Shown here: positions 1 to 8,154 of the stretch, one piece after another
How the letters are laid out: every line of letters starts with the position of its first letter
How positions within the stretch are numbered: position 1 is the stretch's first letter
Assembly: GCA_035251315.1 (NCBI GenBank)
Contig: DATFEI010000008.1
Span: forward strand, 1 to 37,659
DNA: 37,659 nucleotides
Direction of reading: 5' to 3'
Source of the DNA: Burkholderiales bacterium
Lineage (GTDB): Bacteria > Pseudomonadota > Gammaproteobacteria > Burkholderiales > SG8-39
Made by a program: the position numbers and the translations under genes
Notes under the pieces: model-generated
What the model was told of the DNA's origin: nothing
The model's input: only the letters and a program-made list of their open reading frames with translations
Database searches by the model: none

Positions 1-9
1 ATGACTTGA

Positions 10-86
10 TGGCGCGCCCGGCGGGATTCGAACCCACGACCCTTGGCTTCGGAGGCCAATACTCTGATCCGCTGAGCTACGGGCGC
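10..86 (-). tRNA. tRNA-Arg (anticodon CCG)
   Basis: The reverse complement folds into a 77-nt cloverleaf. Acceptor GCGCCCG/CGGGCGC; D arm GCTC..GAGT; anticodon stem TTGGC/GCCAA with loop CTCCGAA (anticodon CCG); T arm GTGGG-TTCGAAT-CCCGC; discriminator G and encoded CCA. Confidence 0.92.
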
Positions 87-141
87 GGCGAAAAACGGAG
101 GCGCAGAATAACAGACTGTCAAGCTAAAATCATGCCTTTAC

Positions 142-171
142 GAGACTACTAGCCCAGAGACTACTAGCCCA
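142..171. repeat. Perfect 15-bp tandem duplication (GAGACTACTAGCCCA x2)
   Basis: The unit at 142-156 is repeated exactly at 157-171 and ends 2 nt before the GTG start at 174. It lies in the AT-richer spacer between the tRNA and the cytochrome gene. Confidence 0.9.
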
Positions 172-173
172 CT

Positions 174-701
174 GTGGAAGCGCACGATCCGCACCAGTCA
201 TTCATCAAGACGCCCAGGCAATTGGTCGTCGTGATCCTGCTTGCGTTCCTGGTGCCGATCATCGGCATCATTCTTCTGGTGCAGCTCGTGCTGAGCGGTG
301 CGCGCCCCGACCCGCAGGCGCTCACCCCCGAGGCGGTCGAGCGTCGTATCCAGCCGGTCGCGCGCCTGGAATTCGGCCCACCCGAAGGCGTCGCCCAGAA
401 ACCCGCTGCAGCATCGCCCGCGAAGCCCGGTGCCGTGGCCGCCGCCGGCAAGCCGGGGCCCGCTGACGGCAAGGCCGTATACGACAAGGTCTGCGTCGCT
501 TGCCACCAGGTTTCGGTTGCGGGCTCGCCGCGGCTCGGGGACAAGGCGGCCTGGGCGCCGCGCATCCAGACCGGCATGGATTCGCTCATGCAGTCGGTCA
601 TCAAGGGCAAGGGCGCGATGCCGCCGCGCGGCGGCAACCCGTCGCTGTCCGACGCGGAGGTCCGCGCTGCGGTCGAGTTCATGGTCGGGCAAAGCAAGTA
701 A
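174..701 (+). CDS. Membrane-anchored monohaem cytochrome c (cytochrome c5 family)
   Basis: 175-aa ORF with a GTG start. It has an N-terminal TM anchor (LVVVILLAFLVPIIGIILLV), an Ala/Pro-rich linker, a single CVACH haem-binding motif and a downstream GAMPPRGG Met-ligand motif. Confidence 0.85.
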   Translation: MEAHDPHQSFIKTPRQLVVVILLAFLVPIIGIILLVQLVLSGARPDPQALTPEAVERRIQPVARLEFGPPEGVAQKPAAASPAKPGAVAAAGKPGPADGKAVYDKVCVACHQVSVAGSPRLGDKAAWAPRIQTGMDSLMQSVIKGKGAMPPRGGNPSLSDAEVRAAVEFMVGQSK

Positions 702-713
702 GACGGGTGTGCC

Positions 714-1655
714 CTGCAGTTCCTCTTCATCATCGACCCACTTGATTCGCTCAAGGCGTACAAGGACACGAGCGTTGCAATGATGCGCGCCGCGCAGGCG
801 CGCGGTCACGGGGTCTGGGTGTGCGAGCAGCCGAGCCTGCACTGGCTGGACGGACGCGTCGCCGCGGCCTCGCAGCGTATTTCGCTCGCCGACAACGACG
901 AGGACTGGTACCGGAGCCACGAAACGGAAAGGCGCGCGCTCGCGGATTTCGACGCGGTGCTGATGCGCAAGGACCCGCCGTTCGACCTCGAGTACGTGGT
1001 GAGTACGTGGCTTCTGTCGGCTGCGGTCCGCGAGGGCGCGCGCGTGTTCAACGCCCCCGACGCCGTCCGCGACCACAACGAGAAGCTCGCGATCGCGGAG
1101 TTCGCGCGCTTTGCCGCGCCGACGCTCGTGTCGCGCGAGCCAGAGCGCATCCAGGCATTCATCGACACCGAGCGCGACATCGTGGTGAAGCGCCTCGACG
1201 TCATGGGAGGCGAAAACGTGTTCCGCGTGCGCGCAGACGACCCGAACCGCAATGTGATCGTCGAGACGATCAGCCTGGGCGGCGCGCGCAGCGTGATGGC
1301 GCAGCGCCACATTCCCGAGATCACGCAGGGCGACAAGCGCGTAATTCTGATTGACGGGGAAGTGGTCCCGCATTGCCTGGCGCGCATTCCGAAGAGCGGC
1401 GACTCGCGCGGCAATCTGGCCCAGGGTGCGCGCGGGGTCGCCCAGCCGTTGAGTGACAGGCACAAGGAAATTGCCGCGGCGGTGGGTGCGGTCGTCGCTA
1501 AAAGGGGATTGCTGGTCGTGGGACTCGACGTGATCGGCGACTATCTCACCGAGGTCAACGTCACGAGCCCCACCTGCTTCCGCGAGATCCAGGACCAGAC
1601 CGGCTTCGACGTGTCCGGCATGTTCCTCGACGCGCTGGAGAAGAAGGTGGCATGA
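714..1655 (+). CDS. gshB: Glutathione synthetase (ATP-grasp)
   Basis: ORF 780..1655 matches GshB along its length (LMRKDPPFD, NEKL, GDKRVILIDGE, ARIPKSGDSRGNLAQG, EVNVTSPTC). The conserved N-terminal strand LQFLFIIDPLDSLKAYKDTSVA is encoded in frame upstream of the first ATG (780), so I extend to CTG 714. The frame opens only at 702, and the first canonical start is ATG 780. Confidence 0.9.
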   Translation: MQFLFIIDPLDSLKAYKDTSVAMMRAAQARGHGVWVCEQPSLHWLDGRVAAASQRISLADNDEDWYRSHETERRALADFDAVLMRKDPPFDLEYVVSTWLLSAAVREGARVFNAPDAVRDHNEKLAIAEFARFAAPTLVSREPERIQAFIDTERDIVVKRLDVMGGENVFRVRADDPNRNVIVETISLGGARSVMAQRHIPEITQGDKRVILIDGEVVPHCLARIPKSGDSRGNLAQGARGVAQPLSDRHKEIAAAVGAVVAKRGLLVVGLDVIGDYLTEVNVTSPTCFREIQDQTGFDVSGMFLDALEKKVA

Positions 1656-1665
1656 GGAGGCGCGC

Positions 1666-2070
1666 TTGATTGGTGTCCTCGTCGTCACCCACGGAAGCAT
1701 CGGCGAGGCGCTGCTGACCAGCGCCAGCCAGATCCTGGGCGCCGCGCCGCAGCAGGTCGCCACGCTCAGCGTCTGGCGCCAGGACGACCCCGACGACCTG
1801 GTGCTGCGCGCGCGCGAGCTGCTTGAAGGTCTCGATGCGGGCGACGGGGTCCTCGTGCTGACCGACATCTTCGGCGCCACGCCCGGCAATGTCGTTTCGC
1901 GCCTGCTCGAGGACGGCCGCATCGAGGGGGTGTCGGGCGCCTCGCTGCCGATGCTGCTGCGCGTCCTTACGGGCCGCAACGGGTCGCTCTCTGCCGCCGT
2001 GCAGCGTGCCCTTTCCGGGGGCGCGGAAGGGGTGGTGCACATGAACAGCGACCGCTGTTGCGATGCCTAG
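1666..2070 (+). CDS. PTS EIIA component, mannose/fructose family (regulatory PTS)
   Basis: 134 aa with a TTG start. The N-terminus IGVLVVTHGSIGEALL carries the phospho-His THG motif typical of EIIA-Man. It is followed directly by ptsH and ptsI. Confidence 0.8.
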   Translation: MIGVLVVTHGSIGEALLTSASQILGAAPQQVATLSVWRQDDPDDLVLRARELLEGLDAGDGVLVLTDIFGATPGNVVSRLLEDGRIEGVSGASLPMLLRVLTGRNGSLSAAVQRALSGGAEGVVHMNSDRCCDA

Positions 2071-2332
2071 CGCGAACGCCGAGATCGTCAACAAGCTCGG
2101 GCTGCACGCGCGCGCCGCGGCCAAGCTCACGCACCTCGCCGGAGGCTTCCAGTCCGAGATCTGGATCTCACGCAGCGGCAGGCGCGTGAACGCGAAGAGC
2201 ATCATGGGCGTGATGATGCTCGCCGCAGGCCAGCGCAGCACGGTGCTGATCGAGGCCGAAGGCCCCGACGCGGATCAGGCGATCTTGGCGCTCACCAAGC
2301 TCATCGCGGAAAAGTTCGGCGAGGGGGAATGA
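2063..2332 (+). CDS. ptsH: Phosphocarrier protein HPr
   Basis: 89 aa with the GLHARAA active-site His region and the AKSIMGVM Ser region. It overlaps the EIIA stop by 8 nt. Confidence 0.9.
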   Translation: MPSANAEIVNKLGLHARAAAKLTHLAGGFQSEIWISRSGRRVNAKSIMGVMMLAAGQRSTVLIEAEGPDADQAILALTKLIAEKFGEGE

Positions 2333-4059
2333 ACTTCGTTCTTCACGGTTACCCGGTCTCCGGCGGGATTACCGTGGGCTACGCCCATCTCGTCTCCACC
2401 GCCCGGCTCGAGGTCGCGCACTACGAGGTTGCCGAGCCGGCGGTCGATGCTGAAGTGGCGCGCTTCGACCGCGCCATGACCGCGGCCCAGGAGGAGCTCG
2501 CCGCGCTGAAAGCCCACATTCCGCCCGGATCGCCCGCCGAGTTCGAGGCCTTCCTCGACCTGCACCGCATGATTCTCAACGACTCAGCGCTCGCGCAGGC
2601 GCCGAGGGAACTCATCCGCAAGCGCCGCGCCAATGCCGAGTGGGCGCTGGTGCAGCAAATGGAGCGCCTGGTGGATCGCTTCGATGAGATCGACGATCCG
2701 TACCTGCGCGAGCGCAAGGCCGATGTGCAGCAGGCGGTCGAGCGCGTGCTGAAGTCGCTCATGGGCGGCCAGGCGCTCAGTCCGCCGGCGATCTCGGAGG
2801 AGGAGAAGCTCATCGTGGTCGCACACGATCTCTCCCCCGCCGACATGATCCTCTTCAAGCGCCATCGCTTCGGCGGCTTCGTCACCGACGTGGGCGGCGT
2901 TACCTCGCATACCGCGATCGTGGCGCGTTCGCTCGGCATCCCGGCGATCGTGGGCCTGCACCACGCGCGCGACACCATTACCGAGGGCGAGGTCTTGATC
3001 GTCGACGGCACGCAGGGCGTGTTGATCGTCAATCCGGACCCGCTGGTTCTCGCCGAGTACCGCGCGCGCCAGGCGGAGCTCAAGGCGGAGAGAAAACGCC
3101 TGGCGCGGCTTAAGTCCACCCCCGCCGCCACGGTGGACGGTACCCCGATCGAGCTTTTCGCGAACATCGAGCTGCCGCAGGACATGCCCGAGGTGCTCGA
3201 GGCGGGCGCCGAGGGCGTGGGGCTTTTCCGCACGGAATTCATGTTCCTCAACCGCAAGGACCTGCCCGGAGAGGAAGAGCAGCTCGAGGCCTACCGGGAG
3301 GTCGCGAAGGCGATGAAAGGCCGGCCGGTGGTGCTGCGCACGCTGGATCTGGGCGCCGACAAGGCGCTGAACGGCAACGGCGAGCAACACACCATGCCCA
3401 ATCCGGCGATGGGGCTGCGCGCGATCCGCTTCTGCCTCGCCGAGCCGCAGATATTCCTCACGCAGTTGCGCGCCATCCTGCGCGCCTCGCACTACGGGAA
3501 GGTGCGCATGCTGCTGCCGATGCTCGCCCACGCGCATGAGATCGATCAGACTCTCACACTCATCGCGCAGGCGAAAGCGCAGCTTGACGAGCGGGACCAG
3601 CCATACGACAAGGCGATCCAGATCGGCGGCATGATCGAGATTCCGGCGGCGGCGCTCGCGCTGCCGATCTTCATGCGCAGGCTCGACTTCCTCTCGATCG
3701 GCACGAACGACCTTATCCAGTACACGCTTGCCATCGACCGCACCGACGATTCGGTCGCTCACCTCTACGACCCGCTGCACCCCGCGGTGCTGACGCTCGT
3801 GGCCGGCACCATCCAGACGGCGACGCGCGGCGGCGTGCCGGTCGCCGTGTGCGGCGAGATGGCGGGCGACCTGCAGCTCACCCGCCTGCTGCTCGGGCTG
3901 GGGCTGCGCAACTTCTCCATGCACCCGTCGCAGCTTCTGCCGATCAAGGAGCGGATCCTGCGCACCAACCTGGCCGAGGTGCAGGCGCTCGCGCAGCGCG
4001 TGCTACGGGCGAGCGACCCGGCCAAGACCCGCGACCTTCTCGCCAAACTCAACGCCTAG
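2329..4059 (+). CDS. ptsI: Phosphoenolpyruvate-protein phosphotransferase (PTS enzyme I)
   Basis: 576 aa with the GGVTSHTAIVARSLGIPA phospho-His motif and a PEP-utilising C-terminal domain (LSIGTNDLIQY, CGEMAG). ATGA overlap with ptsH. Confidence 0.95.
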   Translation: MNFVLHGYPVSGGITVGYAHLVSTARLEVAHYEVAEPAVDAEVARFDRAMTAAQEELAALKAHIPPGSPAEFEAFLDLHRMILNDSALAQAPRELIRKRRANAEWALVQQMERLVDRFDEIDDPYLRERKADVQQAVERVLKSLMGGQALSPPAISEEEKLIVVAHDLSPADMILFKRHRFGGFVTDVGGVTSHTAIVARSLGIPAIVGLHHARDTITEGEVLIVDGTQGVLIVNPDPLVLAEYRARQAELKAERKRLARLKSTPAATVDGTPIELFANIELPQDMPEVLEAGAEGVGLFRTEFMFLNRKDLPGEEEQLEAYREVAKAMKGRPVVLRTLDLGADKALNGNGEQHTMPNPAMGLRAIRFCLAEPQIFLTQLRAILRASHYGKVRMLLPMLAHAHEIDQTLTLIAQAKAQLDERDQPYDKAIQIGGMIEIPAAALALPIFMRRLDFLSIGTNDLIQYTLAIDRTDDSVAHLYDPLHPAVLTLVAGTIQTATRGGVPVAVCGEMAGDLQLTRLLLGLGLRNFSMHPSQLLPIKERILRTNLAEVQALAQRVLRASDPAKTRDLLAKLNA

Positions 4060-4069
4060 AAAGGTTTCA

Positions 4070-5017
4070 ATGAAAAAAATCTTCGCCCTGGGGATGGTGC
4101 TTTTCGCCGCATCCGCCTTCGCGCAAACCTATCCCGCGCGACCCGTGAAGCTTGTCGTCCCCTTCCCCGCGGGGAGCGCGACCGATCAGATCGCACGCGT
4201 GATGGGCCAACAGTTCCAAGAAGCGCTGGGTCAGCCGTTCGTGGTCGAGAACAAGCCCGGCGCGCAGGGCTCAATCGCGGCCACCGAGGTGGCGCGCGCC
4301 GCGCCGGACGGCTACACGATCATGGTCACTACCAACACCCCGCAGGCGGCCAACGTCAGCCTGTTCAAGAAGCTCAACTACGACCCGGTGAAGGACTTCG
4401 CGCCGATCGCGCGCCTCGGAACCATCTCGTTCATGATCATGGTGCGGCCCGATTTCCCGGCGAAGAATTTCAAGGAATTCCTGGCACACGCGAAAGCCAA
4501 TCCCGGGAAGCTCTCCGCCGGGTACGGCTCGGCGGGCTCGCAAGTGTCGCAGGCGATGCTGCGCTCCATGGGCGGGATCGACTTCGTCGACGTGCCGTAC
4601 AAAGGCCTGCCGCAGGCCATCACCGACGTCCTCGGCGGCTCGATCCACTTCACGTTCGCCGACCTCGCCAACGCGCTCGCGCAAATCAAGGGAGGGAAGC
4701 TCCGCGGGCTCGCGGTTACCTCGCAGAAGCGCTCGCCGCTCGCGCCCGACGTGCCGGCGGTTGCCGAAGAGCTTGCAGGCTACGAGCTTATCGCCTGGTT
4801 CGCGCTCGTCGCACCCGCCAACACACCCGCTCCGGTGCTGACCCGACTGCACGACGTCACCGTGAAGTCGCTTGCCAAGCCGGAGGTGAAGGCACGGTTC
4901 GACTCGCTCGGCACCGACGTAGCGCCCATGAATCCGCAGGAGCTGGGCGGTTTCATCCGCTCGGAGATCGAGAAGTGGGCCAAGGTGGCGAAGGCGGCCG
5001 GCATCCAGCCGGAGTAG
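4070..5017 (+). CDS. Bug-family (TctC-like) tripartite tricarboxylate transporter substrate-binding protein
   Basis: 315 aa with a signal peptide (MKKIFALGMVLFAASAFA). Characteristic Bug N-terminus: YPARPVKLVVPFPAGSATDQIAR ... VVENKPGAQGSIA. Confidence 0.88.
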   Translation: MKKIFALGMVLFAASAFAQTYPARPVKLVVPFPAGSATDQIARVMGQQFQEALGQPFVVENKPGAQGSIAATEVARAAPDGYTIMVTTNTPQAANVSLFKKLNYDPVKDFAPIARLGTISFMIMVRPDFPAKNFKEFLAHAKANPGKLSAGYGSAGSQVSQAMLRSMGGIDFVDVPYKGLPQAITDVLGGSIHFTFADLANALAQIKGGKLRGLAVTSQKRSPLAPDVPAVAEELAGYELIAWFALVAPANTPAPVLTRLHDVTVKSLAKPEVKARFDSLGTDVAPMNPQELGGFIRSEIEKWAKVAKAAGIQPE

Positions 5018-5028
5018 GGAACAACCGC

Positions 5029-6231
5029 GTGGCAGGTCCGCTCGCCGGCGTTCGGGTACTCGACCTCACTACGGTCGTGATGGGTCCGTACGCAACCCAG
5101 ATCCTCGGCGACTTCGGCGCCGACGTGATCAAGGTCGAGCCACCCGAAGGTGACGTGATGCGCTATGCCTGGCCGTTCCGCAACCCGGGCATGGGCTCGA
5201 TCTACCTCAACGTGAACCGCAACAAGCGCTCCGTGGTGCTCGATCTCAAGAAAGAAGCGGCGCGCGAGGCTTGCCTCCTCCTCGCGCGGCGCTCGGACGT
5301 GCTCGTGTACAACATCCGACCGCAGGCCATGGCTCGCCTCAAGCTCTCTTACGACGAGGTGAGGAAAGTCAATCCCCGCATTATTTACGCCGGCTGCTTC
5401 GGCTACAGTCAGCGCGGACCCTATGCCGCGAAGGCCGCCTACGACGACCTGATTCAGGGCGCGGCCGGTCTGCCGTGGCTGCTGCAAAAGCAGGGCGCTC
5501 CCGAGCCGCGCTACGCGCCGATGATCGTCGCCGATCGCTCCGTAGGGCAGCAGGTCGCGAGCGCGGTCAACGCGGCCCTCTACCATCGCGAGAAGACCGG
5601 CAGAGGCCAGCGCATCGACGTGCCGATGTTCGAGCACTTGCTGCAGATCGTGCTCGGCGATCATCTCGGCGGCTACACATTCGACCCGCAGTACGGCGAG
5701 CCGGGCTACGCGCGCATCCTGACGCCGGACCGCCGCCCCTACCAGACCGCCGACGGCTATGTCTGCGCGCTCATTTATACGAACAAGCAGTGGAAGGCAT
5801 TTCTCGACATCATCGGCAAGCCGGAGATGCTCGCTCTGCCCGAGTACGCAACACAGGAGGCGCGCAGCCAGAACTACCGCCAGTCCTACGCCATGATCGC
5901 CGAGGAGATGAAACGCCGCACCACCGCATTCTGGCTGCAAGCGCTCGAGCGCGGCGATATCCCAGTGCAGCGCATGAACACCCTCGACGACATCGTTGCC
6001 GACCCCCACTTGAGAGCGATCGACTATCTGCACATGGTGGACCATCCGTCCGAAGGCCGCATCCGGGCGCTCGCCGTCCCTTCCGAGTGGTCGGAATCGA
6101 AGCCCGAATACCGGCGTCACGCGCCCCGCCTCGGCGAGCACACGCGCGAGGTGTTGCGCGAAGCGGGTCTTTCAGATCACGAAATACATTCTTTGATCGA
6201 CTCGGGAGCGGCCAAACAAGCTCCGGTATAA
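5029..6231 (+). CDS. Class III CoA-transferase (CaiB/BaiF family)
   Basis: The N-terminus PLAGVRVLDLTTVVMGPYATQILGDFGADVIKVEPPEGD is typical of the family. I start at in-frame GTG 5029, 12 nt after the Bug stop, rather than the overlapping ATG 4975 in the ORF track. Confidence 0.85.
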   Translation: MAGPLAGVRVLDLTTVVMGPYATQILGDFGADVIKVEPPEGDVMRYAWPFRNPGMGSIYLNVNRNKRSVVLDLKKEAAREACLLLARRSDVLVYNIRPQAMARLKLSYDEVRKVNPRIIYAGCFGYSQRGPYAAKAAYDDLIQGAAGLPWLLQKQGAPEPRYAPMIVADRSVGQQVASAVNAALYHREKTGRGQRIDVPMFEHLLQIVLGDHLGGYTFDPQYGEPGYARILTPDRRPYQTADGYVCALIYTNKQWKAFLDIIGKPEMLALPEYATQEARSQNYRQSYAMIAEEMKRRTTAFWLQALERGDIPVQRMNTLDDIVADPHLRAIDYLHMVDHPSEGRIRALAVPSEWSESKPEYRRHAPRLGEHTREVLREAGLSDHEIHSLIDSGAAKQAPV

Positions 6232-6290
6232 TTCGCGGCGCGCCGATTTGATGATCAGCTTGCGGGCGCCTAATAAATGCCGCTAAAGAG

Positions 6291-7430
6291 ATGAACGCAC
6301 CTCATCACGATCCCTCCTCGGTCGGCGCCGCCAGGGCGCAGAAGGCCCGCTTCAGCGAGCCGCTCAGGCTGCGCGGCGGCGCGGCGCTGACCGATTTCGA
6401 GATCGCGTACGAGACCTACGGCCGGCTGAACGAGGCGCGCTCGAACGCAGTGCTGGTATGCCACGCGCTCAACGCCTCCCACCATGTGGCGGGGTTCTAC
6501 GAGAACGACCCTCAGAACGTAGGCTGGTGGGACAACCTCGTCGGTCCCGGCAAGCCGCTCGACACCAACCGCTTCTTTGTCGTCGGGTCGAACTACATCG
6601 GCAGCTGCTTCGGCTCAACCGGACCGGCTTCGATCAATCCGGCGACCGGTAAGCCGTGGGGCGCGGATTTCCCGGTGGTTACGGTGGAGGACTGGGTCGA
6701 GGCGCAGGCCCGGCTCGCCGACCGCCTGGGCATAGAGCGCTTCGCCGCCGTGATCGGCGGCTCGCTCGGCGCCATGCAGGCGCTTCAGTGGACGCTCTCC
6801 TACCCCGAGCGCATCCGACACTCGATCGTGATTGCCGCAGCGGCGAAGCTGACCCCGCAGAACATCGCGTTCAACGAAGTCGCGCGCCAGGCGATCATGA
6901 CCGACCCCGACTTTCATGGCGGGCATTACTACGAAAAAGGCGTGGTGCCGACACGCGGCCTGCGCATCGCGCGCATGATCGGCCACATCACCTACCTCTC
7001 GGGTGAAGCGATGAGCGAAAAGTTCGGGCGGCTCCTGCGCCGCGGCGCGCCGGGCTTCGACTTCGACATCGATTTCGAGATCGAGTCCTACCTGCGCTAT
7101 CAGGGCGACAAGTTCTCGAGCTACTTCGACGCCAACACGTATCTGCGCATCACCAAGGCGCTTGACTACTTCGATCCGGCAGCCGACTACGGCGGCGACC
7201 TGACCAAGGCGCTCGCCCGCGCGAAGGCGGCGTTCCTCGTGGTCTCATTCAAGTCCGACTGGCGCTTCCCGCCGGCGCGCTCGCGCGACATCGTGCGCGC
7301 GCTGCTCGACAACCGGCGCATCGTGTCGTACCTCGAGCTCGACGCGCCGGGCGGGCACGACGCCTTCCTGCTCGAGGATTCGCGCTATCACACGGCGCTG
7401 CGCCACTACTTCTCCAATATCGAGCTGTGA
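6291..7430 (+). CDS. metX: Homoserine O-acyltransferase MetX (acetyl- or succinyl-transferring)
   Basis: 379 aa, alpha/beta hydrolase fold, with the [12 protein letters not shown] nucleophile elbow and the [14 protein letters not shown] motif. It is followed by metW. Confidence 0.93.
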   Translation: MNAPHHDPSSVGAARAQKARFSEPLRLRGGAALTDFEIAYETYGRLNEARSNAVLVCHALNASHHVAGFYENDPQNVGWWDNLVGPGKPLDTNRFFVVGSNYIGSCFGSTGPASINPATGKPWGADFPVVTVEDWVEAQARLADRLGIERFAAVIGGSLGAMQALQWTLSYPERIRHSIVIAAAAKLTPQNIAFNEVARQAIMTDPDFHGGHYYEKGVVPTRGLRIARMIGHITYLSGEAMSEKFGRLLRRGAPGFDFDIDFEIESYLRYQGDKFSSYFDANTYLRITKALDYFDPAADYGGDLTKALARAKAAFLVVSFKSDWRFPPARSRDIVRALLDNRRIVSYLELDAPGGHDAFLLEDSRYHTALRHYFSNIEL

Positions 7431-8005
7431 GACCTGATCTTCAGGCGATCGTGCAATGGGTGCCGCAGGGCGCGCGGGTGCTCGATCTCGGCTGCGGCGA
7501 CGGCTCGCTCCTGCGCTCGCTGTGGCAGGAGCGCCAGGCGCCCGGCTACGGCGTCGAGATCGAGGACCAGGCGGTGCTCGCTTGCGTCGAGAACGACGTC
7601 AACGTTCTGCAGGTCGACCTCGAAAGCGGCCTTTCGCTGTTCTCGGACGGTTCGTTCGATTGCGTGATCCTTTCCGAGACGCTGCAGACCATCCACCGCA
7701 CCGAGTTGCTGCTGCGCGAGATGCTGCGCGTGGGTCGCGAGGCCATCGTCAGCTTCCCGAACTTCGGCCATTGGAGCGCGCGCCTGCAGATCGCGCTTGG
7801 CCGCATGCCGGTCTCCGAGACCCTTCCCTATCAGTGGTACGAGACACCCAACGTCCACCACTGCACCATTACGGATTTCGAAGACCTGTGCCGACGCATC
7901 GGCATCCGGATCCGCGAGCGCCTCGTGCTCCACGACGGGAAGCCCGTTACGATGCTGCCCAATCTTCTCGGCAGCGTCGCCGTGTACCGGTGCACGCAAA
8001 GCTGA
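7427..8005 (+). CDS. metW: Methionine biosynthesis protein MetW
   Basis: 192 aa with the SAM-MTase-like motif [16 protein letters not shown] overlap with the metX stop; this is the canonical metXW pair. Confidence 0.9.
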   Translation: MRPDLQAIVQWVPQGARVLDLGCGDGSLLRSLWQERQAPGYGVEIEDQAVLACVENDVNVLQVDLESGLSLFSDGSFDCVILSETLQTIHRTELLLREMLRVGREAIVSFPNFGHWSARLQIALGRMPVSETLPYQWYETPNVHHCTITDFEDLCRRIGIRIRERLVLHDGKPVTMLPNLLGSVAVYRCTQS

Positions 8006-8154
8006 AGCTCTGCGTGAAGCGCATCTTCCGGCGGGGCCGCGGCGCCACCGTCCCCGACAGAACGCGCGCGTACCCCGTTTCTCAACCTCGCCGGGCGAAA
8101 GATCCTTTATGACGATGCAATCTGCTTGACGCAAGCTGGAAGGAGCTTGCGCGG

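Noticed and set aside
1-173. tRNA-Arg as a possible genomic-island integration site.
   Set aside because: The tRNA 3' end points out of the window (position 10). I saw no integrase, no duplicated tRNA 3' segment and no compositional island on the visible side.
699-716. The cytochrome c5 TAA is in the same frame as gshB, which could suggest a stop-codon readthrough fusion.
   Set aside because: A membrane-anchored periplasmic cytochrome fused to a cytoplasmic ATP-grasp enzyme is topologically implausible. The shared frame is best treated as coincidence, relevant only to the start-codon question.
198-2042. 614-aa ORF antisense to gshB and the EIIA gene. Similar very long antisense or alternative-frame ORFs occur at 2584..3924, 4780..6141, 13783..15162, 15636..17243, 22801..24327, 25139..26176 and 33512..34348.
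   Set aside because: Every one lies opposite or out of frame to a gene with strong family motifs. Their translations are Arg/Ala/Gly/Pro-rich low complexity with no recognisable domains. These are the expected stop-poor shadow frames of high-GC coding DNA.
6232-6290. Possible SAM-responsive riboswitch (for example SAM-II) in the metX leader. The leader contains CGAUUUG ... GCUAAAGAG adjacent to the start codon.
   Set aside because: The leader is only 59 nt, and I could not build the required H-type pseudoknot: no AAAGCU tail pairs with an upstream loop. An Infernal scan with RF00521 and other SAM models would settle it. I expect no hit.
8130-8151. GC-rich hairpins without U-tracts. One is CGCAAGCT-GGAAGG-AGCTTGCG between the convergent metW and ampG. 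The other is CGCGCC-AGGT-GGCGCG at 21198..21213 after rodA.
   Set aside because: These are plausible transcript-end structures, but they lack the T-run of intrinsic terminators. They are too weakly supported to list as features.
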